A DNA stretch of 64,000 bases from NCBI GenBank assembly GCA_016936595.1, contig JAFGXO010000059.1, positions 15,654 to 79,653 on the forward strand, in the 5' to 3' direction. The DNA is from Bacteroidales bacterium (lineage in GTDB: Bacteria; Bacteroidota; Bacteroidia; Bacteroidales; JAFGUD01). Made by a program: the position numbers and the translations under genes. Position 1 is the stretch's first letter. Each line of letters starts with the position of its first letter. Positions 56,254 through 64,000 of this stretch are shown piece by piece. The notes under the pieces were generated by a model. That model was given only the letters and a program-made list of their open reading frames with translations, had not been told where the DNA came from and did no database searches.

Positions 56254-56666
56254 GCATATTATTTTTAGAAGTTCGCAAAAATAATTTTTTTTTAGATTTC
56301 TTAAAAAAAAATCGACCTTAGCGAATTATTTCACAAACACCAACAAACAAATAAATAGATTTAAATTAACTTATATTTCTAAATATTTATCATTATAAAG
56401 CAAACAATAGTTCAAATATTACAAATTTAGTATTTGTAATGTAAAAAGAAGCACTTTAAATTAATCTTAATAATAGAAGAAAGAAAACTTAAATAAGTTA
56501 AAAATATGAATTTTAAAGTTAAATTTGACTAATGAACACAATTTAAAGAGACAATAAAACAGTTAATGTTTAAAAAGTTTTCACAGAAACTATCTTTATC
56601 AATCAAAAGAAACGGAATAAAATTTTCAAAAAGCAATAAAAGTTGAACATCTAAAAAAGTATTTAT

Positions 56667-56674
56667 TACTTTTG
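56667..56674 (+). promoter_or_regulatory. -7 box TACTTTTG upstream of the dCMP deaminase gene
   Basis: Matches TAnnTTTG, 17 nt before the ATG at 56691. Confidence 0.4.
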
Positions 56675-56690
56675 CTGCATAAAAAAAACA

Positions 56691-57110
56691 ATGGAAAAAC
56701 AAGAAATTTTAGATAATAGGTATATTAGAATGGCTGAAGTATGGGCAGAAAATTCATACTGCAAAAGGCGAAAAGTTGGAGCTTTGATTGTTAAAAACGA
56801 AATGATAATTTCAGACGGTTATAACGGAACACCATCGGGTTTTGAAAATATTTGCGAAGATGATAGCGGAACAACAAAATCTTATGTTCTTCATGCAGAA
56901 GCAAATGCAATAACTAAAGTTGCAAAATCGGGCAATAATTGTGATAATGCAACGCTTTATGTAACAACATCGCCATGTATGGAATGTTCAAAACTAATAA
57001 TTCAATCGGGCATAAAAAAAGTTGTTTTTAAAGAAATGTACCGAATTACAGATGGTTTGGAGTTATTAAAAAGAGCGGGCATAAAAATTGTACATCTATC
57101 AAATAAATAA
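56691..57110 (+). CDS. Deoxycytidylate (dCMP) deaminase / ComEB-type cytidine-deoxycytidylate deaminase
   Basis: Zinc motifs HAEANAI and PCMECSKLI. 139 aa. Confidence 0.85.
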   Translation: MEKQEILDNRYIRMAEVWAENSYCKRRKVGALIVKNEMIISDGYNGTPSGFENICEDDSGTTKSYVLHAEANAITKVAKSGNNCDNATLYVTTSPCMECSKLIIQSGIKKVVFKEMYRITDGLELLKRAGIKIVHLSNK

Positions 57111-57187
57111 ACCCCAAACTTTATAATTATAAATATTTTTCAACGTATATAAACCGATTAAGCTACAAACGAACACTTCAGATTATA

Positions 57188-58696
57188 ATGAAACAAAATA
57201 AAACAACATTACCATTAATAATATTTTTGTCGATAGCAATTGGTTTTTCTATTGGCCGCTTCGTTTACAAGTCGGAGAATATTTTTTATACCCAAAACAA
57301 AGAATACAGAAATTTAAGAGCACTAATAAACATTGTAGAAGAAAATTATGCCGATCAAATAAATGTTTTTAATTTTTTAAAAGAAGCTTTAATGATTAAG
57401 CTTAAAACAATTGACCCGTATATTTCATTTTACGAAGCTACTGAATACGACAACGTAAAAAATGAAATTAATGGAGAATTTGAAGGTATTGGCATAAGAT
57501 ATTTTATATATAACGACACTGTATTAGTTTCAGATGTATTTCCAAACTCACCGGCAGAAAGAGGAGGCATAAAAAAATTAGATAAAATCATTTCTTTTAA
57601 TAATCAATCAACATGTGGTTTAAGCATTGATTCTATTTCAACTCTTTTTTCAAATGATGATAATCCAACTATATCTACAATAAGTTTTTTAAATCAACTT
57701 CAGAAAAACATTAATATAGAAAAAGGCACAATTCAATTTAATACTGTAAAATATTTTTATTGTGGTAAAAACACGGCCTACTTTAAGGTAACAGCCTTTC
57801 ATTCAAATACTTACGATTTCTTCAAAGAAGCAGCCGAAGAATTAACATCAAAATATATAATTGATAATATTATACTTGATTTAAGAGACAACCCCGGAGG
57901 TCTTTTAAGCAGTGCGATTGATATTTTAGACGATTTTTTTGAAAAAGGCGACACATTAACTGTTACTGAAACAAAAACAGGTTCGCAAGAAATATATTTA
58001 TCCACGGCTAATGGAATGTTTAAAAAAGCTAATGTTATAATTTTAATAAACGGTTCAACAGCATCGGCTGCAGAACTTGTTACTTTGGCAATGCAAGACA
58101 ATGATAGAGCTTTAGTTATAGGAACAAAATCGTACGGAAAAGGAGTTTTTCAGCAAGATATCCCCTTTGTTCGGGGAGACATTGTGCATCTTACAAAAGG
58201 CAAATATTATGGACCTTCGGGCAGATGGATAGATACTCAAAGCGACAAACTTTACAACTTTAAATTTTACAAAACAAAAGGAGGCAGATATGTTGCCGCC
58301 CAAAATGCAATTGTTCCCGACATATATAATTATGGCAGCAACAATGATTTTTTATACGGTATTTTTGACGAATATTGTCTTGAATTTATATTTAAATATA
58401 AAAACAAGTTCCGAAACATAACAAATGAGCAAGAATTATTAACAATAGCAAACTCTATTGTTGACACAGGAGGAGTTAAAATTTACAAAGAATATTTTGA
58501 TAAAGACTCTTTAGTTGTTAAAACGTTAGCCTTTTCTTTTGCAAAATATTTACTGCCCGACAGCACCTACCTGCATTTTACTAAACAAATTGACAGTGTG
58601 TATTTGAATGCAATTAAAATTTTTGAAACCTCATCAGTTTACGACGAAATTTTTAAAACCGACACACTACAACCATACATTTTTTTTATGGATTAA
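57188..58696 (+). CDS. S41-family C-terminal processing peptidase with a PDZ domain
   Basis: N-terminal TM. PDZ-like VSDVFPNSPAERGGIKKLDKII. LDLRDNPGGLL, nucleophile region NGSTASAAE, and GTKSYGKG. Confidence 0.8.
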   Translation: MKQNKTTLPLIIFLSIAIGFSIGRFVYKSENIFYTQNKEYRNLRALINIVEENYADQINVFNFLKEALMIKLKTIDPYISFYEATEYDNVKNEINGEFEGIGIRYFIYNDTVLVSDVFPNSPAERGGIKKLDKIISFNNQSTCGLSIDSISTLFSNDDNPTISTISFLNQLQKNINIEKGTIQFNTVKYFYCGKNTAYFKVTAFHSNTYDFFKEAAEELTSKYIIDNIILDLRDNPGGLLSSAIDILDDFFEKGDTLTVTETKTGSQEIYLSTANGMFKKANVIILINGSTASAAELVTLAMQDNDRALVIGTKSYGKGVFQQDIPFVRGDIVHLTKGKYYGPSGRWIDTQSDKLYNFKFYKTKGGRYVAAQNAIVPDIYNYGSNNDFLYGIFDEYCLEFIFKYKNKFRNITNEQELLTIANSIVDTGGVKIYKEYFDKDSLVVKTLAFSFAKYLLPDSTYLHFTKQIDSVYLNAIKIFETSSVYDEIFKTDTLQPYIFFMD

Positions 58697-58717
58697 AAAA
58701 TTCAATAAACTATTAAC

Positions 58718-58752
58718 AAAAAAAAGACAGCCTTTAAGGTTGTCTTTTTTTT
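58718..58752. terminator. Bidirectional intrinsic terminator (S41 peptidase / ilvE)
   Basis: A-run, GACAGCC-ttta-GGTTGTC (7-bp stem with one G:U pair), then T-run. Confidence 0.6.
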
Positions 58753-58761
58753 AAAAATTAA

Positions 58762-59787
58762 TTAATCGAGTATTGTAACCCAACCAAATTCGTCGGGAAT
58801 ATCGCCGGTTTGTACACCAAGCAAATTAGTATATAATTCTTTTGTGATTTTTCCGGGCTCTCCGTTGGTATAAACAAATTCTTTGCCGGTATCCTGAATA
58901 ACAATTTTGCCAATAGGAGTAATAACGGCAGCTGTACCACAAGCACCAACTTCTTCAAATTCAGAAAGTTCGTCCAACGGAACTTTTCTGCGTTCTATTT
59001 TATAGCCCAGATGTTCAGCTAATTTCTCCAAACTTTTATTAGTAATAGAAGGCAAAATAGACTCGGATTTTGGTGTAATATATGTGCCGTTTTTAATTCC
59101 AAAGAAATTAGCAGGACCACATTCGTCAATATATTTTTTTTCTTTAGAATCAAGAAAAATTACATTAGCAAAACCTCCGGCTTTAGCAAATTTCATAGCT
59201 TTTAATCCGGCAGCATAATTACCGCCAACTTTAATATTTCCTGTTCCCAAAGGTGCGGCTCTATCAAAATTTTTAACAAGTAGCATATTAACAGGATTAA
59301 ATCCGGTTTTAAAATATGGACCAACCGGCGACACAAAAACAATAAAAAGATATTCATTAGAAGGTTTTACACCAACTCCATAACCGGTACCAAAAATAAA
59401 AGGTCTAATATAAAGCGAAGCACCTTTACCATAAGGTGGAACAAAACGTTCATTAAGCTTAATAACTTTAAATACAGCTTTTTTAAATAATTCTGTTGGG
59501 ATTTCGGGCATTAAAATACCATTACAAGAATTTTGCATTCTTTTGGCATTTTCTTCCCATCTAAAAAGTCTTATTTTATTATCTTTACCTCTAAAAGCTT
59601 TTAAACCTTCAAAAGCTTCTTGTCCGTAGTGTAAAACAGTTGCTCCCATGTGCATTGTAACTTGCTCTGATGAATTAACCTCTAATTCGCCCCATTTACC
59701 GTCTTTCCAATAACATCGCACATTATAATCAGTTCTAATATAATCAAAAGGGAGATTCCCCCAATCTAAGTTTGCTAATTCTGACAT
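58762..59787 (-). CDS. ilvE: Branched-chain amino acid aminotransferase
   Basis: 341 aa. LDWGNLPFDYIRTDY, EGLKAFRG and GTGNIKVGGNYAA are typical of class IV aminotransferases. Confidence 0.9.
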   Translation of the reverse strand: MSELANLDWGNLPFDYIRTDYNVRCYWKDGKWGELEVNSSEQVTMHMGATVLHYGQEAFEGLKAFRGKDNKIRLFRWEENAKRMQNSCNGILMPEIPTELFKKAVFKVIKLNERFVPPYGKGASLYIRPFIFGTGYGVGVKPSNEYLFIVFVSPVGPYFKTGFNPVNMLLVKNFDRAAPLGTGNIKVGGNYAAGLKAMKFAKAGGFANVIFLDSKEKKYIDECGPANFFGIKNGTYITPKSESILPSITNKSLEKLAEHLGYKIERRKVPLDELSEFEEVGACGTAAVITPIGKIVIQDTGKEFVYTNGEPGKITKELYTNLLGVQTGDIPDEFGWVTILD

Positions 59788-60003
59788 GATATTTATTTTA
59801 AGGGTTCGTAATGCTACAAATTTAAAATTTTTGAAACTAATTAAAAATATTCTAAATCAGTTTTAGTTATTTTTTTAAATTTTTAATACAAAAAAAATAA
59901 TTGAACTATAAAAAAAATTTCAAAATTATTTAATAAAAGCACTATCATTAATAAGTTCAGGCGGGAGAAAAACTAAAATTTTTAAAAATAAAATCAATAA
60001 AAA

Positions 60004-60630
60004 CTACAAAATGTTAGTGTTAATTAATGAAAATTCAAACGTTGAAGAATTTATATATTCTAAAAAAATTGGCAAAGCAAACAACATGTTTTTTCTTGAT
60101 TTTTTATTTGCATGAAAAACAATTATCGAACCACTCAAAAAATTGTTTTTAACATTTTCCAAACATTGTATGGGAGAAGTTTGTTCATCAAAATCATAAC
60201 TAAGCACATCCCACATAACTATTTTAAAACTTTTATTTAAACTTTTATACTGTTTATGTGTAATTTTACCATAAGGGGGGCGGAATAAATCACTATCAAT
60301 TATTTGACTGCATTTATAAACATTAGAAACGTAATCATCAAAATTAGTTTTAAAACCATCAATATGCTCATAGCCATGATTTGCAACAGCATGACCTTTT
60401 TCAGAAATAGTCAAATGTAATTTACTTACCTCAATGTATTTACCAATACAAAAAAAAGTTGCTTTAACATTAAAATCATCTAAAATATCCAACACTTCAA
60501 TTGTAGCCTCATAATCAGAACAATCATCAATAGTTAAAAAAATTTGATTTTTCTCATTAGAAATATTCCAAATTACATTTTTATAAATTTTTTTAATAAT
60601 ATTTGGGGGCTTTATTAATTTCATTAGCAT
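60004..60630 (-). CDS. Polysaccharide deacetylase (NodB homology) family protein
   Basis: LTIDDC (motif 1), ATFFCIG, and NHGYEH (motif 2). Confidence 0.75.
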   Translation of the reverse strand: MLMKLIKPPNIIKKIYKNVIWNISNEKNQIFLTIDDCSDYEATIEVLDILDDFNVKATFFCIGKYIEVSKLHLTISEKGHAVANHGYEHIDGFKTNFDDYVSNVYKCSQIIDSDLFRPPYGKITHKQYKSLNKSFKIVMWDVLSYDFDEQTSPIQCLENVKNNFLSGSIIVFHANKKSRKNMLFALPIFLEYINSSTFEFSLINTNIL

Positions 60631-60662
60631 TTTAAATTTAAAACTGTCAAAGATATAATAAT

Positions 60663-61508
60663 ATGAATATTTTTAAAACAAAAACAGAATTAAGTTCTTT
60701 TTTAACAGAGCTACGAAAAAAAAACAAAACAATTGGATTTGTTCCAACCATGGGAGCTTTGCACGATGGGCATATTTCACTTACTAAACAATCAGCATCA
60801 CAAACAGATTATACAGTAGTTAGTATTTTTGTAAATCCAACTCAATTTAACGACCCGAAAGATTTAGAAAAATACCCGCGAACTATAGACAAAGACATTG
60901 AAAAACTTAAACAAGCTGGCGTTAGTATTGTTTTTTTACCAAATGTAACGGAAATTTATCCTAAAAAAGACTCAAGAATTTTCGACTTTGGAAATATCGA
61001 CAAAGTAATGGAAGGCAAACACAGACAAGGACATTTTAACGGTGTAGCACAAGTAGTTAGTATATTATTTGAAATTGTTATACCAAACAAAGCTTTTTTT
61101 GGCTTAAAAGATTTTCAACAGTACGTTATTGTTAAAGAATTAGTAAAAAAATACATGGCTGATAGCAACATTGAAATTATTGGCTGTAAAATAATTAGAG
61201 AACCCAATGGATTAGCAATGAGTTCAAGAAATGAACTTTTAAGTTCTCAAGAAAGAGAAAATGCAAGCATAATAAATTCAACATTGCAAAAAGCAAAAAC
61301 ACTTACGGGGGAAAAATCAGTTGATGAAATTAAAAATTTTGTCATACAAAAAATCAATCAAAATAAGTTTTTAAAAGTTGAATACTTTGATATTGTTGAC
61401 GACACAAAATTAGAACAAATAAAGACTTGGGAAGAAAAATCGCAAAAAGTAGGCTGTATAGCAGTTTTTTGCGGTTCGGTAAGACTAATTGACAATATTT
61501 ATTTTTAG
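60663..61508 (+). CDS. panC: Pantoate--beta-alanine ligase
   Basis: GFVPTMGALHDGH and FVNPTQF. Confidence 0.95.
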   Translation: MNIFKTKTELSSFLTELRKKNKTIGFVPTMGALHDGHISLTKQSASQTDYTVVSIFVNPTQFNDPKDLEKYPRTIDKDIEKLKQAGVSIVFLPNVTEIYPKKDSRIFDFGNIDKVMEGKHRQGHFNGVAQVVSILFEIVIPNKAFFGLKDFQQYVIVKELVKKYMADSNIEIIGCKIIREPNGLAMSSRNELLSSQERENASIINSTLQKAKTLTGEKSVDEIKNFVIQKINQNKFLKVEYFDIVDDTKLEQIKTWEEKSQKVGCIAVFCGSVRLIDNIYF

Positions 61509-61614
61509 ACAAAAAAAACACTATAACACAAAGAAATTTAAATATTTAAAATTTGAGCCAAAACAAATACGTATAAATAAATTAAAATACTTGCAAAAAA
61601 CTAAATTTTAGTAA

Positions 61615-61622
61615 TAACTTTG
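61615..61622 (+). promoter_or_regulatory. -7 box TAACTTTG upstream of panD
   Basis: Matches TAnnTTTG, 18 nt before the ATG at 61640. Confidence 0.4.
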
Positions 61623-61639
61623 CGAAAAATTTTAAACCT

Positions 61640-61990
61640 ATGTTTATAGAAGTTTTAAAGTCAAAAATACACCAAGTAACAGTAACAGATGCAAATTTGC
61701 ATTACGTTGGCAGTATTACAATAGATGAAGATTTAATGGACGCAGGAAATATTATTGAAGGCGAAAAAGTGCATATAGTTAACATCAACAATGGAGAGCG
61801 ACTAATTACCTATGTTATTAAAGGCAAAAGAGGAAGTGGCGAAATATGTTTAAATGGACCGGCAGCAAGAAAAGCACAAGTTGGAGACATTGTAATAATA
61901 ATTTCGTACGCCTGTTTATCACCCGAAGAAGCAAAAGAATTTAAACCAACTATTGTTTTTCCTGACACCGAAAGAAATAAATTAGTTTAA
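61640..61990 (+). CDS. panD: Aspartate 1-decarboxylase
   Basis: [24 protein letters not shown] includes the Gly-Ser self-processing site. Confidence 0.95.
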   Translation: MFIEVLKSKIHQVTVTDANLHYVGSITIDEDLMDAGNIIEGEKVHIVNINNGERLITYVIKGKRGSGEICLNGPAARKAQVGDIVIIISYACLSPEEAKEFKPTIVFPDTERNKLV

Positions 61991-62000
61991 AACACAGTTA

Positions 62001-62756
62001 ATGCGTATATCAATAATTACAGCAACCTATAATTCGGCAAAAACAATTACCAGAACTTTAGAATCTGTAAAAAGCCAAACATATTCCAATATTGAGCATA
62101 TAATTATTGACGGAAAATCTACAGACGAAACGTTAGATATAGTTAGGAACTACAAACACGTAAGCAAAATATTTTCTGAAAAAGACGAAGGAATATATTT
62201 TGCTCTAAACAAGGGTTTAGAAATTGCAACAGGAGATATTATTGGCTTTTTACATGCTGATGATTTTTTTCCAAAAAATAATATTATCGAAAAAATTGCA
62301 TACACCTTTAAAAAACAATACACAGATATTTTATACGGCAATTTACAATACGTATCGCAAAACAACACCGAAAAAATAATTAGAAATTGGGAATCGTGTA
62401 AATTTGAGCCTAATTTGTTAAAAAAAGGTTGGATGCCACCCCACCCTACTTTTTATGCAAAAAAACATCTATACAAATCATTTGGGAACTTTAATACCAA
62501 TTTTAAAATTGCAGCCGATTACGATTTAATGCTGAGATTTTTAAAACAAAATATTTCAACTTTTTTCATGCCTGAAATTATTGTAAAAATGCGACTTGGA
62601 GGTGTTAGCAACCGAAGTATAAAAACAATAATAAAAAAATCAAGAGAAGACTACCAAGCAATAAAAAACAATAAAATAGGAGGTTTTTTTACTTTAATAA
62701 ATAAAAATATAAGTAAAATATCACAATTTTCCACAAAAAAAACACCTTACAAATAA
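62001..62756 (+). CDS. Family 2 glycosyltransferase
   Basis: ISIITATYNSAKTI, IIIDGKSTDET and FLHADD. Confidence 0.8.
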   Translation: MRISIITATYNSAKTITRTLESVKSQTYSNIEHIIIDGKSTDETLDIVRNYKHVSKIFSEKDEGIYFALNKGLEIATGDIIGFLHADDFFPKNNIIEKIAYTFKKQYTDILYGNLQYVSQNNTEKIIRNWESCKFEPNLLKKGWMPPHPTFYAKKHLYKSFGNFNTNFKIAADYDLMLRFLKQNISTFFMPEIIVKMRLGGVSNRSIKTIIKKSREDYQAIKNNKIGGFFTLINKNISKISQFSTKKTPYK

Positions 62757-62794
62757 AAAATTATTTATAAGATGTTTTTTGCTAAACAATATTT

Positions 62795-63310
62795 CTATTG
62801 AAAACCAAATTCTCTATCCAAAATAACAACAGTAACACAACCTTTAATTAAATCTGTTTTTTCATCAATGTTTATCACAAGTTTTAAATTTGTAGTATTT
62901 TGAGGAATAACAGTAAAAAAAGGATGCACCTCTTTATTTAAGCCTTGATCATAATACGCTTGCAGAACAGTCTGATTTTTTTCAGGAAGACTACCATCAG
63001 AAAGTTTACCGGGTAAATCCATCACAATATTACTTCCTGCAGGCTGGTTTTGATCAATAATCTGAAAATGAAGGTCGTTATTAAAAACCGGACTAGCATA
63101 AAAAATAAATCTGTATTCTTTTCCTTGCTGAACAGGCACAATAAACTCGTAAGTGTGACCAGAAATACAAGGAGCACCTTTAGATAATGAGTTCATCTGA
63201 AAACCATCTTCGGGAACTAAACTTTTTAAAACGCCAGAGCAATCAATTTGAGAGAATGACAATAAAGGGAGTGTCAATAACAATGCGATTAAAATTTTTG
63301 CCTTTTTCAT
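62795..63310 (-). CDS. Hypothetical secreted protein
   Basis: 171 aa with signal peptide LLLTLPLLSFSQ. No family recognised. Confidence 0.4.
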   Translation of the reverse strand: MKKAKILIALLLTLPLLSFSQIDCSGVLKSLVPEDGFQMNSLSKGAPCISGHTYEFIVPVQQGKEYRFIFYASPVFNNDLHFQIIDQNQPAGSNIVMDLPGKLSDGSLPEKNQTVLQAYYDQGLNKEVHPFFTVIPQNTTNLKLVINIDEKTDLIKGCVTVVILDREFGFQ

Positions 63311-63324
63311 AATTCTTTACATTT

Positions 63325-64000
63325 TTATAAGGTAACGTTGTTTAAGGTTAATTTATTTCGTGCATCAACAATAATATTCTTCAATTCTTGATATTGGGCA
63401 TCAGAAATTAAAGTTTTATTATTTCCTCCAACAACAAAAACAGTTTCATTATCATCAGTAATTATGTTATTATTATCAGAAGCAACAACATCTAAAGATT
63501 GGTATAAATCAAAAATAGGCTTAAATTCATCTAAAACAGCTTTAACATTTGGATCAGTTTCATTTTGCGAAAGAAACATCCACAAATTAGAAATAATAAT
63601 TTTTTGATCAGCAATTTTTTGAATTGTGTTTACATCAGAATATTCGGTTTGATTTACAACAAGAAACATGCTTTCAATCCAACCTCCGGCAGCCATAATA
63701 GATAAAGTTGTTTGACGGTCGTTACGTTCTAAGAAACGCATTATATCAAAATAAGTATCGTTTGAAAGAGAAATTAAAGAATCTTTAACCGGACTAACAT
63801 GTTCAATTCTATACACCAAGCTTTCGTTAAAAACGTCAGCCAAACCTACTTTTTGGCTCAATTCTCTAACAACATTAAGATATTGAACTGTTTCGTCGTT
63901 TTTATTAGATGCAGCACAATAAGCTAAATCAGCTGCATAAACACCGAAATTAAATTCCTGAAGTTTAACATCGTTATACTTGGCTAAATTGTCAACAGGA
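63325..64000 (-). CDS. Hypothetical protein, C-terminal part (N-terminus lies right of the window)
   Basis: The track start at 63861 is a TTG. My translation of 63862-63999 in the same frame has no stop (...PVDNLAKYNDVKLQEFNFGVYAADLAYCAASNKNDETVQYLNVVREL-SQKVG...). The ORF therefore runs off the window. Confidence 0.4.
   Translation of the reverse strand, partial: PVDNLAKYNDVKLQEFNFGVYAADLAYCAASNKNDETVQYLNVVRELSQKVGLADVFNESLVYRIEHVSPVKDSLISLSNDTYFDIMRFLERNDRQTTLSIMAAGGWIESMFLVVNQTEYSDVNTIQKIADQKIIISNLWMFLSQNETDPNVKAVLDEFKPIFDLYQSLDVVASDNNNIITDDNETVFVVGGNNKTLISDAQYQELKNIIVDARNKLTLNNVTL

Noticed and set aside
56566-56646. 26-codon basic ORF (MFKKFSQKLSLSIKRNGIKFSKSNKS*) in the long rsfS/dCMP-deaminase spacer
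   Set aside because: There is no promoter box or ribosome-binding context. Its composition is just that of AT-rich DNA, and short ORFs of this size are expected by chance.

Overview
Visibly AT-rich Bacteroidota chromosomal segment. The phylum call rests on the T9SS translocon gene sprA, Omp28/DUF-type envelope genes and TAnnTTTG-type -7 promoter boxes. Most of the window is ordinary housekeeping: dxs, pepE, ruvA, sprA, dtd, xth, rsgA, gltX, rpsT, ahcY, ddl, psd, cdsA, ftsH, rsfS, ilvE, panC, panD, tRNA-Arg(CCU) and tRNA-Asn(GUU). I saw no transposase, integrase, CRISPR array, rRNA or recognisable defence genes. Four pockets are not housekeeping. (1) 36.2-43.2 kb holds a six-gene minus-strand cluster with its own promoter box and terminator. 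It encodes a DAP/ornithine-decarboxylase homolog in which the Schiff-base lysine and other catalytic residues are replaced, a secreted beta-helix protein, a GNAT-like and a FemAB-like acyltransferase, and two B12-binding radical SAM enzymes. This is my best candidate for an undescribed biosynthetic or envelope-modification system. (2) 23.4-27.1 kb holds a TlpA / OM beta-barrel / Omp28-like CxxC lipoprotein / exosortase-like cluster. (3) 1-3.5 kb holds a TetR / LolA-like / double FtsX permease operon interrupted by a 73-74 bp tandem repeat array rich in ACTGAT/ATCAGT hairpin motifs. (4) 44.6-47.1 kb holds an islet of small uncharacterised envelope proteins, including a tandem TRL-like duplication. 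Smaller curiosities are an 88-bp-offset duplication of the rsgA promoter and start region that creates an 11-codon uORF, a phased 9-bp motif array upstream of sprA, and a 56-aa ferredoxin gene missing from the ORF track. All product calls come from motif and family recognition by eye. No searches were run. Several ORF-track starts are TTG-initiated extensions, and I moved those to downstream ATG codons.
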